From positions 26,662,001 through 26,726,000 of the forward strand of contig NC_086118.1 of the NCBI RefSeq assembly GCF_963921235.1: 64,000 nt of DNA, in the 5' to 3' direction. The position numbers were made by a program, and so were the translations under genes. Of the stretch, positions 34,874 through 49,046 are shown one piece after another (the stretch's first letter is position 1; the number at the start of each line of letters is the position of its first letter). Source of the stretch: Mobula hypostoma. Lineage: Eukaryota. Below the pieces are notes generated by a model, which searched no databases, had not been told where the DNA came from, and saw only the letters and a program-made list of their open reading frames with translations.

Positions 34874-35930
34874 TAACGGGTCCCTTTCGGAATGGCAGGC
34901 GGTAAAAAGTGGGGTACCGCAGGGTTCAGTGCTGGGACCACAGCTGTTTACAATATATACTAATGATTTAGATGAGGGAATTAAAAGTAACATTAGCAAA
35001 TTTGCCGATGACACAAAGCTGGGTGGCAGTGTGAAATGTGAGGAGGATGTTATGAGAATGCAGGTTGACTTGGACAGGCTGGGTGAGTGGGCAGATACAT
35101 GGCAGATGCAGTTTAATGTGGATAAATGTGAGGTTATCCACTTTGGTGGTAAGAACGGGAAGGCAGATTATTATCTAAATGGAGTCAAGTTAGGAAAAGG
35201 GGAAGCACAATGAGATCTAGGTGTTCTTGTACATCAGTCACTGAAAGCAAGCATGCAAGTACAGCAGGCAGTGAAGAAAGCTAATGGCATGCTGGCTTTC
35301 ATAACAAGGGGAATTGAGTATAAGAGCAAAGAGGTCCTTCTGCAGCTGTACAGGGCCCTGGTGAGACCACACCTGGAGTACTGTGTGCAGTTTTGGTCTC
35401 CAAATTTGAGGAAGGACATTCTTGCTATTGAGGGAGTGCAGCATAGGTTCACAAGGTTAATTCCCGGGATGGTGGGACTGTCATAGGTCGAAAGATTGGA
35501 GCGACTCAGCTTGTATACTCAGGAATTTAGAAGGCTGAGAGGGGATCTTATTGAAACATATAAGATTATTAAGGGATTGGACACGCTGCAGGCAGGAAGC
35601 ATGTTTCCGCTGATGGGTGAGTCCAGAACCAGAGGCCACAGTTTAAAAATTAGGGGTAGGCTATTTAGAACAGAGTTGAGGAAAAACTTTTTCACCCAGA
35701 GAGTGGTGGATATATGGAATGCTCTGCCCCAGAAGGCTGTGGAGGCCAAGTCTCTGGATGCTTTCAAAAAAGAGATGGATAGAGCTCTTAAAGATAGTGG
35801 AATCAAAGGTTATGGGAATAAGGCAGGAACTAGATACTGATAGTGGATGATCAGCCATGATCACAGTGAATGGCGGAGCTGGCTCGAAGAGCTGAATGGC
35901 CTACTCCTGCACCTATTGTCTATTCTCTAT
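34874..35930 (+). mobile_element. CR1 LINE 3' part inserted at the end of the 5' LTR
   Basis: [42 protein letters not shown]; tail ctattgtctattctctat. Confidence 0.92.
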
Positions 35931-37067
35931 AACAATGTTAACAAGCTAGTTTTAAAACAAACCGGAGATGGCTACCTACCTGTTGAAACAGAGCTCAGAA
36001 AAGAAGAGAGATGTTCAAGTTAAAAAAAAAGCACAAAAGCACAGCAAGTTTCTTTGGAAGGGGAGAGAGATGTTAGCATTAAACAAAAGGCAGAAAATGG
36101 AAGAAATAAATAAGCAACAAATACAGCCACAAATTCATAAACAATAAGTACCAGTTGATGGTAATAACAAATAAGAAAGCATAAAAAGCTGGCTACATTG
36201 GAAAGATAAATGTGTTTGATTGCACAATAGATAACTGGATGACATATACTGAACAAATTGAGTAGTATTTTAAAGAAAGTGGAATAGCCGATAAGAAATG
36301 AGTGCCAGTGTAGCTGAATGCAATAGGTGCAAAAGCATATAGTTTGCTCAGAAGTTTAATTGCTCCAACCATACCAGCTGAAATTACCTTTGCTGCTATT
36401 GTGAATATAATGCAGGGACATTCAGAATCAAAACCATTGTTGATTGTAGAATGCTTTAGGTGTCATTTGCAGAATCAAAAGAAGGGGAGTCCATTTCAGC
36501 TTATGTGGCTGAATTGAAGAAATTGTATGAGCAATGTCAGTTTAGTGATGGGCTTAATATGCACTTAGAGATCATTTAGTTTCTGGAATTATATAAGAAA
36601 GCATTCAAAAACAACTGTTAACTGAAGCACAACTCACATTTAAAAGAGCAATTGAAATCACTGTATCGATGGAAGCAGTGACTAGAGACACAATTGAGTT
36701 GCAGTCAGGAACGAAAGTGAGTGTGAACAAAATTGTAGCATCTGAACAGACCTGCCCAGCTGAACAAATTGTGTTACTGTTGTGGCAGGGGCTCACATAC
36801 ACCAGACCAAGGCAGGTTTAAAGGTGAACCTCGAAAATGCAACAAAGTAGAAAACATGCAAAAAGCATGTTGGGCAAACAAAAATAAATAGACTGCTCAG
36901 GGAGGAGAAAAAGATAAAATGTCAAGTTACAGTTTCAAAAGGAGCACTAATCTGAATACTGTTAATGAAAAATCTGATAATGATGAGAGTAACACAGGAT
37001 GGGGTAGCTTTGAGATTTAGAATATCAAAACTAACAGGAGACAAACATTGTGGCTTAAACCAGAAGT

Positions 37068-37426
37068 TTGTTCTTTACATGCCAAGTCATGGTCTTTCCA
37101 TGACCATGATTGTTTTTGGAAAAATTTTCTATAGAAATGCTTTGCCGTGGCCTTCTTCTGGGCAGTGTTTTTACAAGACAGGTGACCCCAGCCATTGTAA
37201 ATACTCTTTGGAGATTGTCTGTCTGCCGTCAGGGGTCACATAACCAGGACTTGTGATATGCACCAGTTGCTCATACGATCATCCCTCACCTGCTCCCATG
37301 GCTTCATATGATCCTGATCGGGGAACTAAGCGGGTGCTACATCTTGCCCAAGTGTGACCTGCAGGATAGCAAGGGAATGAGCACCTTCCACCTCCTTTGG
37401 TAGAGACATATCTCCACCCTGTCACC
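37068..37426 (-). mobile_element. RTE/BovB-type SINE-like insertion in the Gypsy gag-protease junction
   Basis: TSD taa(c)accagaagt at 37056-37067 and 37427-37439; removing it restores WLTPEVNGK. The 3' part resembles BovB-type tails. Confidence 0.65.
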
Positions 37427-39628
37427 TAACACCAGAAGTGAACGGCAAATTCATTAAAATGGATTTGGACACTTGCTTGGCTGTTTCAGTTATTCCTCAA
37501 AATGAGTTTGAACTGCATTTCTAAGATACTGAATTGAAGTCTGCAGATATTCAACTAAGAATTTATGCTAGAGAAAAAATAACTCCTTTGGGAATGGCAG
37601 TCGTAACAACCAACAAGCCACATTGGGCTGGTATGTGGTAAAAACAGGAGGGCCAGCAATGTGGGTACACGAGTGGCTGAGACAAATACAATTTGTTTGG
37701 AGATCCATCCACTAGTTGCATAGTTGCATGCCACATTCACTGCATCAGGATTAACTGAAAGCGAGTTAAAAAAGGTACTGGATGATGTCACAGCAGTGTT
37801 CGAGGAAGAGACTGGAAATCTCCAACATATCAAGGGTAAAATAGTGTTACATGAAATGCCACACCCAGGTTTTATAAAGCCCGTGCAATTCCTTATATCA
37901 TCCATGATAAAGTAGCCAGTGAGCTCGATCACATGGAGTCTGAAGGAGTTATTTCCAAGGTTCAATGGAGCCTACGGGAAATGCAAGTGGTTCCAGTAGC
38001 CAAGGAGGATGGGTCTGTCAGGATCTGTTGAGATTTTAATGTTACCATTTACCCAATTCTGAGAGTAAATCAATACCCTCTGACCCAGGATAGAGAATAT
38101 CTTTGCGAACCTTTCTGCAGGGTAACACTTCAGCAAAGTGGTCTTAGCTAAGGTCTACCTACAGATGGAGATGGCAGAAGAATCCAAAGTATTTCTCACC
38201 ATAAACACTCACAAATGACTTGATTGCTAAAATAGTCTTTTTTTTTGGAGTAACATCTGCACCTACACTCTGACAGAATGCTATGGGCCAGAGACTGCAA
38301 GGCTGCCCAGGCACTCAGTTTTATCTGGATGACATCATAGTTACTGGTGAGGATGGTAAGGAACATCTCCAAAATCTCAAGGCAGTGTCAAAAAAATTAG
38401 AAGATTAAGGGCTCAGAGCACAACACAACAAGTATAAATTCTTTAAACCAAGCATCACTTATTGTGGTCACACCATTGACACACAGGGATACACGAGCGG
38501 GCTTAGATAATTTAAGCAAAGGTGGATGCCCCAAGGCCAAAGGATGTGTCACGGTTGCGGCCCTTTTTAGGAATTGTCAATTACTATAACAAGTTCCAGC
38601 CAAACCTGGCTACTGTTTCCACTCGTTGAACTCATCGGGAAGAAATGGCAATGGACAAAGCCGTGTGAGGTGGATTTACATTAGGTAAAGGAGATGGTGA
38701 TGTCAGACACTTCATTCACAGATTATGACCCACATCATCCAGTGAAGCTTGCCTGTGGTGCCCCACCTTGTGGTGTAGGTGCAGTCATGTCACGTTATGC
38801 CTGATGGAAGTGAACGCCCCTTAGCTTCTGCATCACGTTCCTTTACCGCTGCAGAGAAAAAAAATTACACACAGATTGACAAAGACTTCTTGAGTCTGGA
38901 TTGCTGCATAAAATGTTTCAAGCAGCACCTGTATGGGAGAGAATTTACCCTCATTACTGATCATCAACCACTGCTGTCCATTTCAATCCACTTAAGGGTG
39001 TTTCACTAACAGCAGCAACACCAATGTGAAAATTGGCATTGTTTCTTGAAAGACACAATTGCAAGACCAAATTCAAGAGGACAACTAATCATGGAAATAC
39101 TCCATCGATGGTTCCATTTAGCCATGGAAAAGGAAATATTTGAAAAATTTACAAAAGAGGACACTTCTTGATGCATTCTCCCTAATGCATATCGAAAGTC
39201 TCCCTGTTAGGGCAGAGATGATCCAAAGGTAAATCAGAAAAGACCCCACACTGTCTTAGGTCTATATGACCACCCAAAATAGCAGGAATGCGCCAAAATT
39301 TTCAGTTCCCTCATTTTTCCAGCGTTGGGATGAACTTGCCCAGGTGTTGTCTTTTGTGGAGACTGCTTTGTTGTACTATCCAAGCTAAGATCTAAAGTGC
39401 TGGAGGAACTACATGCCAGCCACCTAGGCATGGTCAAAATGAAAGCATTGTTTTGAACCTTTGTCTAGTGGTCTGGGATAGATCAGCAGATCGAACACCT
39501 TGTCAGGATGCCAACACGTCCCAAAGATGCCAAGAGCAGCACCTCTCCTGGGAGTGGCCTGCAATGCCCTGGCAGAGGATTCATGTGAATTTTGCAGGAC
39601 TATTCATGGGCAAAAGTTTCTTGGTAGT

Positions 39629-39854
39629 TGAAGCACCTTCAATAATTCCAAAAGACTGAAGTAGGGTAAATACTGAAAGGTTTTTATTCACAATAAAACG
39701 TGACCTCCATGCTGTCTGCCCCTGGACCGAGAGGAGGAGCAATGGCAAAATCACCTTTATTCAGGGTTCTGTGGGAGGAGCCACAGGGGCAGTGAGCAGA
39801 GGGGCGTGTCCAGACAGTTAACCCAGTTACAACATATATATATGGTTTACCACA
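39629..39854 (-). mobile_element. Solo LTR (226 bp) of a second LTR family inside the integrase
   Basis: TG...CA termini; exact 5-bp TSD gtagt at 39624-39628 and 39855-39859; AATAAA on the minus strand; removing it restores FLVVVDA. Confidence 0.85.
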
Positions 39855-41098
39855 GTAGTAGTGGATGCAGCTACACAGCGGCCAAAAGTGGTCCCAGTAG
39901 CCTCCCCAACAGCCTCAGACACTGATGATGTGCTGAAAAGCCTCTTCTCAAGACCTGGTGTTCCAGAAAACTTAGTCAGTGACAATGGACCACTGTTTGT
40001 TGAGGAACAGTTTGTGTCGTTACTGAAAATGAATGGAATAAGACAAATTACATCTGCACCGTACCACCCAGCTACAAATGACTTGGTGTAAAGCTTTGTC
40101 CAGAGCCTAAAGCATACACTGCGAGCAATGTCAGCAGAATACAGTACATTGACACTGAATCACAAGCTCATCAATTTCCTCCTCGGATATCTCAGTGTAG
40201 CACACTCCACAACCAACAACTCACCGGCTATTCTGTTCCTAGGTCGACCTTCACACTGACGATTGGATCTCCTCCAACCCAATCTCAGAAAGAGTATGCA
40301 TGACAAACACCTGAGACAAATTGAAGGCCCCTCAAACAAGGAGATTCAATGCTTCGGTCCTGGACAAGCCGTCCTGGTGAGGGGCCAGAGATGATCAAAA
40401 GTGGGCACTTAGAAAGATTAAGAACAGAACTGGACCACTCTCCTCCACAGTGGAGATGTCCTGATATCATCCGGAAACAACTCATCAATCAATTCAGGAC
40501 AGCAGAGGCAACTGTTAGAGAAGAATGGTGGCCAGAGCTGTCAGAGCTACTTCCTGCAGTCCCCGAGTCAACTCCTACAACCAGCACAGAGGAGGCCCCA
40601 GAACCTGAGATTGTTTCACAGCCACAAGACTCACCTGCCAAGCAGAGTGTACCCCCCTTGTCAGGAAAGATATTATCCCACAAGAGTAAGAAATCCTCCA
40701 CAATGATAAAATCTTTAAGCCTGAATGGGACAATATAAAACTTATTATGCCGTGGATGTCTAGGTAATAGTTGTATTATATAGCATACTCTATATATAAA
40801 ATGACTAGAGAGCAATACTTTACATATTTGAGTTTATAGCTACGTAGGGAGAAGTGTTGTGTACTTAATATTTCCATAGTATTTGAGTAACATTGTAAAT
40901 ATATTGTTGATTAAGCATTTTATTTTGTTTATATAATTAATTTTGGGTTATATGTAAGAAGTACGTCAATGGTATATGCCAATATGCTGCCAGGTTATAT
41001 GTGAGCACCTCACTAGAAGATAAACTAAGTAGATGAAATATATTCCCAGCTCCTGTGTTTTCCTTTTGATTATTTTCTGAAGTTACAAAACATAACAG

Positions 41099-41830
41099 TC
41101 CTTCCAGGTGAGGCAATACTTCACTTGTGAGTCTGTTGGGGTCATCTATTGCATCCGGTGCTCCCGGTGTGGCCTCCTCTACATCGGTGAAACCCGACGC
41201 AGATTGGGGGACCGCTTCATCGAGCACCTCCACTCCGTCCACCACAACAGACAGGATCTCCCAGTTGCCACCCACTTCAACTCTGCTTCACATTCCCATT
41301 TGGATATGTCCATACATGGCCTCCTCTACTGCCATGATGAGGCTAAACTCAGGTTGGAGGAGCAACACTTCATATACCGTCTATGTAGTCTCCAGCCCAT
41401 TGGTATGAACATAGAATTCTCCAACTTCTGGTAATTCCCTCCCCCTCCCTTCCTCTATCCCTACCACTCTGCCCCCTCCCCCAGCTGCCTATCACCTCCC
41501 TCATAGTTCTGCGTCCTTCTACTACCCATTGTGTTTTCCCCTATTCCTTATTCACCTTTGCTGCCTATCTCCTCCCTGCTTCCCCTCCCCCACCCCTTTA
41601 TCTTTCCCCTTACAGGTTTTTCACCTGGAACCTACCAGCCTTCTCCTTCCCACCCTCCCCCCACCTTCTTTATAGGGCCTCTGCCCCTTCCCTCTACAGC
41701 CCTGACGAAGGGTTCCGGCACGAAACGTTGACTGATCGTTTCCACGGATGCTGCCCGACCTGCTGAGTTCCTCCAGCGTGTTGTGAGTGTTGCTTTGACC
41801 CCAGTATCTGCAGAGTATTTTGTGTTTACG
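41099..41830 (+). mobile_element. Penelope-like element 3' part (GIY-YIG endonuclease)
   Basis: FTCESVGVIYCIRCSRCGLLYIGETRRRLGDRFIEHL...VATHFNS...GMNIEFSNF; TSD aaacataacag at 41088-41098 and 41831-41841. Confidence 0.92.
41697..41734 (+). ncRNA. Minimal type I hammerhead ribozyme motif of the Penelope element
   Basis: cagcc-CTGACGA-agggttccggcac-GAAACGTT-gactg; intact core with a palindromic AACGTT in place of stem III. Confidence 0.75.
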
Positions 41831-41841
41831 AAACATAACAG

Positions 41842-43597
41842 CACTCATGGCCACTTTATTAGGTACACCTGTACACCTGTCAATAATGTAAATGTCTAAT
41901 CAGCCAATCATGTGGCAAACATGGTCAAGAGGTTCAGTTGTTGTTCAAGTAGGCTAGACAAGGGAGATGCAGTGGATGTTGTATATTTGGATTTTCAGAA
42001 GGCCTTTGACAAGGTGCCACACTTAACAAGATAAGAGCCCACTGAATTACGGGAAAGTTACATACGTGGATAGAGTATTAGCTGATTGGCAGGAAACAGA
42101 GAGTGGGAATAAAGGGATCCTATTCTGGTTGGCTGCCAGTTACCAGTGGTGTTCCACAGGGGTCCGTGTTGGGCCGCTTCTTTTGACATTGTACATCAAC
42201 GATTTGGATTATGGAATAGATGGCTTTGTGGCTAAGTTTGCTGATGATACAAAGATAAGTGGAGGGGCCGATAGTGCTGAGGAAACAGAGAGCCTGCAGA
42301 GAGACTTGGATAGATTGGAGGAATGGCAAAGAAGTGGCAAATGAAATACAATGTTGGAAAGTGTATGGTTATGCACTTTGGCAGAAGAAATAAACGGGCA
42401 GACTATTATTTAAATGGGGAGGGAATTCAAGGTTCTGAGATGTAACAGGACTTGGGAGTCCTCGTACAGGATACCCTTAAGGTTAACCTCCAGGTTGAGT
42501 CGGTGGTGAAGAAGGCGAATGCAATGTTGGCATTCATTTCTAGAGGAATAGAGTATAGGAGCAGGGATGTGATGTTGAAGCTCTATAAGGCGCTGGTGAG
42601 ACCTCACCTGGAATACTGTGGGCAGTTTTGGTCTCCTTATTTGAGAAAGGATGTGCTGACGTTGGAGAGGGTACAGAAAAGATTCACTAGAATGATTCCG
42701 GGAATGAGAGGGTTAACATATGAGGAACGTTTATCCGCTCTTGGACTGTATTCCTTGGATTAGAAGAATGAGGGGAGATCTCATGGAAACATTTCGAATG
42801 TTGAGAGGCATGGACAGAGTGGATGTGGCAAAGTTGTTTCCTGTGATGGGGGAGTCTAGTACGAGAGGGCATGACTTAAGGATTGAAGGGTGACCATTCA
42901 GAACAGAGACGCGAAGAATTTTTTTTTAGCCAGAGGGTGGTGAATCTATGGAATTTGTTGCCACGGGCAGCAGTGGAGGCCAATTCATTGGGTGTATTTA
43001 AGGCAGAGATTGATAGGTATCTGACTAGCCAGTGCATCAAAGGTTATGGTGAGAAGGCGGGGGAGTGGGACTAAATGGGAGAATGGATCAGAACATGATA
43101 AAATGGTGGAGCAGACTCGATGGACCGAATGGCCGACTTCTGCTCCTTTGTCTTTTGGTCTTATGGTCTTAAAGTAAACATCATAATAGGGAAGAAATGT
43201 GAGCTAAGTGACTTTGACTGTGGAATGATTGTTGGTGCTGGACAGGCTGGTTTGTGTATCTCAGATAGTGCTGGTCTTCTGGGATTTTAATGCACAACAG
43301 TCTCTGGAGTTTACAGAGAATGGTGCGAGAAACAAAAGGAAGCATCCAGTGAGCGGCGGGGCAGTTCTTGTTCATGAGGGCGGTCAGAAGAGAATGGCCA
43401 AAAGGTTCAAGCTGACAGGAAGGTGACAGTAGCTCAAGTAGCCAGATGTTACAGCAGTGGCGTGCAGAGCAGCATCTCTGAACACACAGTAGGTTGAACC
43501 TTGAAGCTGATGGGCTACAGCAGCAGAAGACAACAAACATATATTGAATGGCCACTTTATTCAGCACAGCTCATCCTAATAAAGTGGCCACTGAGTG
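41842..43597. mobile_element. Tc1-like non-autonomous transposon split by CR1
   Basis: TIRs cactca(g)tggccactttattagg and cctaataaagtggccactgagtg-ta; homologous to 44788-45360. Confidence 0.8.
41949..43171 (+). mobile_element. CR1 LINE RT to 3' end
   Basis: VDVVYLDFQKAFDKVPH, KFADDTKI, LVRPHLEYC; tail cttttggtcttatggtctt. Confidence 0.92.
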
Positions 43598-44787
43598 TAC
43601 AGTATAAGCAAAGGAGTTGTTTTACTTCATTCCAAACCCTTTGACCATCCTTATAAAAATTCTATCTAGGATCAGCAGATGAACCTCATTCTTTCCAGAA
43701 ATCATGCTGCATTGACTTCGGCAGCAGTAACATCAGTGCTATTAAAACACTAATTACAGCAACTGAGGGTATTTTTCGAAGCCGATGCAAAGTACTGAGT
43801 GAGGCCCTGTGGAAGCATGATCATAGTGAACTCAGAAGCTAAATGAACAATGTATAACAGTGCCTTTAACTCTGGTAGTACACCTTTGAATCAAATCAAA
43901 CTTCCTCATTTACAACAAACCTCATCTGACACAAATCAGCAGGCCAGGCATAAAAAGGACAGACAGAATTTGTTTATGCCCTGCATAGCTGCCAGCAATA
44001 GGCACCCTGGATCAAACTCCTGAGCTATGCTGAGATCATAGCTATTTGTACGGAGGATAGCAAACCAATAAATATACAAGAGTATTTTTTCATCTCAAGA
44101 GCAATGCACATCTTTGACAACAGGATTATTATTATGATTTATGAAGCAGTTTCTATTATGAATAATCAAGATAATTGATTTGAAATAAACATGTTTGCAG
44201 CAGCTGCTTCAATGTACAGTGTAATTTAGTGACACTCTTTCAAAATATTTGTGCCTTGAATTATTTAATTCAACAATTACACATTTGCCTAATAAGATTT
44301 TGTGTTATAAAGTACTACTGTGTTATAACACAGAATATTATTAGGCAAATGTGTAATATCTTCACTTAAAATTCCTCTCTTATTTTATCTGAGGAAATTA
44401 ACTGCAAAGCAGGTTCCTATCTGCATGAAAGCAGCAGACAAAAATTTGTCTGTTGGTACCACTCGGTTAACTTCAAGGCCACTCATTTGTACCAAGTCTT
44501 TGTAAGCTACTGGAAATTATCTTTGTTCACTTTTGACTATTTTAATTGAGATTTAGTATGTCAGTGTAACAACCAACATTATGTAAATATCCATTTATGT
44601 TCAAGTGCACTTGAATATGTATGTATTCTAATTGAGCTAAACTAAAATAGGGTATAAATACTTATTTTTCTAGAAAGCTTAGTGAAGTGCAAATACTTAA
44701 AGCAAGAGGATCGATGATGCATTCTTAATTTGATGTTATGTCTGTGGCCTTAACTACAAACATCAGCCTGAAAACAGAACTGAACCA

Positions 44788-45360
44788 ACTTAGTGGCCAC
44801 TTTATTAGATACCCAGTACACCTGCTCTTTAATGCAAATATCTAATCAGCCAATCATGTAACAGCAACTCAATGCGTAAAAGCATGCAGACGTTGTCAGG
44901 AGGTTCAGTTGTTGTTCAGATAAAACATCAGAATGGGGAAGAAATGTGACCTAGGTAACTTTGACCGTGGAATGATTGTTGGCACCAGACAGGGTGGTTT
45001 GAGTATCTCATAAACTGCTGATCTCTTTGCCTTTTCATGCACAACAGTCTCTAGAGTTTACAGAAGATGGTGCAAAAAAACTGAAAAATACATCCAGTGG
45101 TTGGCCATTCTGTGGGGGGAAATGTTTTGTTCTTGTGAGGGATCAGAGGAGAATGGCCAGACTGATTCAAGCTGACGGGAAGGAGGCAGTAACTCAAGTA
45201 GCCACACCTTACAGCAGTCATGTGTAGAGGAGCATTTCTGAACGCACAACATGGCGAACCTCGACATGAAAGGGCCACAGAAGTAGAAGATCACAAACAT
45301 ATACTCAGTGGCCACTTTATTAGGTAGAGGAAGTACCTAACAAGGAGGCCACAAGAGTGT
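44788..45360. mobile_element. Tc1-like non-autonomous transposon, second copy
   Basis: acttagtggccacttttattaga at the left, an internal direct copy of the TIR at ~45303, and a degenerate right TIR. Confidence 0.75.
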
Positions 45361-46519
45361 AGGTGCATTATATGTTGCTGCATGCATTGGTAATGCCAAT
45401 ACAAATCCCTCCTAAAAAAGAGTACTAACCTGGAAGAAAAGTCCTGTGAAAACTCATTATAACACTCCCTAAAGTCTGACCTCAGGGTTCAGACCAATTT
45501 ACAAAGGTCACAGCAGCACACAGAGAAGGCCACCAATGTGATTCATTCCAAATAAGATCAATTTTGCATCATAGAGTACTGCAAAAAACAAGTGATGTGT
45601 GATCCAATTTCTCTGCAATCTTATTTACCTCCTGGACAGATGATACTGTTACCGCCACATCCCTCAGTGACAAATTAGATTTTCACAAACCAGACAATTT
45701 TAATTGACATATAATATATCAAAGCTGCAGTCGGCACGACTATTAATATCTATTTGAATAATTCCACTGCAGCATCTTGGAGCATATGCACACACAATTT
45801 GCTTTAAGCTCTTCAGATCTTATCATGAAAATCTTCTAAATCAGCTGTGAACTGGCTAGCCTGAAGTTTTATTTAAAGCAGAAAATAAAACTGAAAAAGT
45901 CCAAGCATCCAAACTATTGCCATGGGAGATTTCAGGACGCTTATCTTGTTACAGTGTTACAGAGTTAAATTGAGGTTATTCTGGGCCATGGTAAAGACCA
46001 TCCCCACTTTTACAGCTGTTCAGGTTGCACTTAACCAAATTTACAAATTGCTATATTAAAATAATTTGAAATATGGAATAAAATTTTCTGTTACTGTATT
46101 TATGCGGAAGTAAATAAATGCATATTTTTGACTCCTATTTCCTGATACATGTGTAGATGATGTGACTTTATGTTATAGAAAATAACAAAATGGACTGTTT
46201 TCTGGAAATGCAATGTACTGTAGACACGTATCTGATGAAATTGTAAGTATGTGTTCATATACTGTATGGAAACAGGCCCTTTGACTCAATTCACCCATAT
46301 TGACCAAGTGAGTGAGCTAAGTGAACTAGTCCCATTTACCTGCATTTGGCCCATATTCCCTGAAACCTATCCTATCCATATACCTGCCCAAATGTCCTTT
46401 TAAATGTTGTAAGCATGACCATCTCTACTACTTCCACTTGCAGCTGGTTCAATGCACCCACAACCCTCTGAAGATAATAATATGCTTGAGCAAAATCAAT
46501 ATACTTGGGAATAGAAAAT

Positions 46520-47850
46520 CATGTTTGAAGAGTGGAGGGTTTTGACGATATATCGGAGTAGCGAACGGGAATCAGTGGCTGTATTTGGATTTTCTGAAGA
46601 CTTTTAATAAAGCCCCACACAAGAGGTTGGTGAAGGAGATTAGAGCACTTGGAATTGTGGATAATATACTGGAATGGACGGAGAGTTTGTTGATAGGCAG
46701 GAAACAAACTGTAGGATTAAACAGGTCAGGAGGCTGTGCCTTGTACTGTGATTCCGACGTCAGTGTTTGGACCTCACTTATTCACATTCTATATCAAAGA
46801 TATTGTGAGGAGAACAAAGATAATGTTTCAACGTTTGCTGATGACTCAAAGCTAGGTGGGTATGTGCGTGGTGATGAAGATACAAAAAGGCCTCAAGAAG
46901 ATGTTGAGAAGCTACATGAATGAGCAGTAACATGGCAGATAGAATACAATAGAGAAAAATGTGAGGTTATCCACATTGATAGGAAGGAATAAGAAGATAA
47001 GAACACAAGAAATAGGAGCGGGAGTAGGCCATATGGCCTGTTGATCCTGCTCTGCATTTCAATAAAATCATGGCTGATCTGGCCATGCCCTCATCTCCAC
47101 CCCCCTGCCATGTCCTCATAACTCTTAATTCCCCTATTATGCAAATATCTATCCAGCCTTGTCTTAAATATACTTACTGAGGTAGCTGCCACTGCTTCAT
47201 TGGGCAGAGAATTCCACAGATTCACCACTCTCTGTGAAGAGCAGTTCCTCCTCACCTCCGTCCTAAATCTACTCCCCCGGATCTTGAGGCTATGTTCCCT
47301 AGTTCTAGTATCACCTACCAGCAGAAACAACTTTCTTGCCTCGATCTTATCTATCCCTTTCATAATTTGATATGTTTCTATAAGATCCCCTGTCATTCTT
47401 CTGAATTCCAGCGAGTACAGTCTCAGGCGACTTAATCTCTCCTCACAGAAAATAGAAATGCCATGTATTGAGTAAATGATGAGAGATTGAGAAATCTTGA
47501 TGTTGGAAATGACTTGGGTGTCCTTCTACACAGGACACTGAATTACATACAGGCCCAACATAAAATTAGCTCAGCAAATGATGTATTGACCTTTTTTAGG
47601 TGAAGATTTGATCACAAGAGTAAAAACATCTCACTTCTTTTATGCAGGCTTTTGACGAAACTACAGCAGGACATTTGTGTACAAGTTTGGATTCCTACCT
47701 TTTCTTGCAACAGAGGGAAAGAGCAATGATTCACCATGGAAGGCATGTTAAATAAGGAGAGATTGAGCAGGCTAGGCCTCCAGTCCCTCAGTTTAAAAGA
47801 ATGAAGGATGTCCCTAGTGAAACATAAAAAAAATTCTAAGAGGACTCGAG
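46520..47850 (+). mobile_element. Old CR1 fragment containing a younger minus-strand CR1 (46995-47447)
   Basis: YLDFLKTFNKAPHKRL and TFADDSKLGG on plus; GDLIETYQIMKG...SQRVVNLWNSLP on minus. Confidence 0.8.
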
Positions 47851-49046
47851 AGGTTAGTTTCTATCAATGTGAAAAAGAAACTAAAACAAACCAATATCTC
47901 CATAATTCCTTATAGATTTTCCATGACACATGAACAACAAAAAAACATTGGAATACAAATATGGTGACATACAGTATATGTACTTCGATAATAAATTTAC
48001 TTAGAACTTTGAAGTAATTGAAATAATGTCGCTTAGTTTCAGAATGTGTTATGAGTCAAAATGCTTTTAATTAAAAGCTGGATATGTGATTTTTGTTCCT
48101 TACCTTCTTATAGACTACGACAGGACTGGCAACACAGTGAAATTCTAGGAGTAAGATATATGATCAAAAACGGTCAGGCAGATCGAAGATACAGCTGGGT
48201 TGTTTTTCAGCAAGGAATAGGTCAGAAAGTTTTATTTTAAAATATTTCATTCCAAATAAAACATTTGGTAGGTCTGCAATTGTCAACAAATGCTGTTGCT
48301 AAGAATCAACTGAAAATATATTAGCGGACATTTCATTATGGCTGCAACAATGATGTCAAACATTCCCACAATTTATACCAGTTTCACAACTTTAAACAAA
48401 ATCATTTTGCTGTGAAACAATTACCAGTGGGCTGGGATTTTTTTTTAAATTATGGTTGTGGTGTACATTCATGTGCAGTAATTCCCTATTTGAACAAGCT
48501 GTTCTGGAAGATATTTGTGGAAGGCCTGTGTACTCAAACTCTGATTATTAAACATCACCAAAACAAAGAATACCTTTTCTTGAAGATATCTCATCAAAAA
48601 CTCGGTAACAAAGTGTGAAATAAGTGTTTCTGTTTCAAGGAATATGCAAGAAAAATTACAAAGGATCAAAAGTAAAATATTTCCTGTTGGGTGCAAATAG
48701 GAATGAGTGAACAGGGAAATGGGTTACATTAGGAATAATGTGAATACTTCAGTCATTAATACAAGAGTGCAGTGAAATTAATGAGAAATAAGGTTTTTTT
48801 AGAATTGTTCTTGCAGTCTAGACATTATTGATGATGACTTCAATTACAATTAAGCTTTTTCATCAGACCGTTCTCTGAGCTAGTTCTCTGGTACCTGACA
48901 GTGGGAATCTTTCAAAGGGAAGGCTGAAATTTCTAGTATTTCAAATAAAAACAGACACTTCCTTCAGTCCACAACCCATTTGAACCCATTACAAACTGCA
49001 CTTGGAAACTGGGATTACTAAAATAAGGATTAGAATATTTAATTTA

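Larger units (their letters stand above)
34646..41097 (+). mobile_element. Full-length but decayed Gypsy/Ty3 LTR retrotransposon
   Basis: Diverged LTR pair at ~34646-34877 and 40855-41097, with a purine tract gtagggagaag before the 3' LTR. gag (GAKAYSLLRSLIAP, ~36330), protease (EVNGKFIKMDLDT, ~37435), RT (FYLDDIIVTG, ~38320), RNase H (ERPLASASRS; FTLITDHQPL) and integrase (WQRIHVNFAG; LVSDNGP; SAPYHPATN) occur in Gypsy order. Confidence 0.9.

Noticed and set aside
43690..43845. Possible plus-strand exon after ctttccag (KSCCIDFGSS...)
   Set aside because: No recognisable protein and no partner exons; needs RNA-seq.
48100..48620. Possible small exons (LRQDWQHSEILG; NSLFEQAVLEDICG)
   Set aside because: Splice-like signals only; peptides not recognised.
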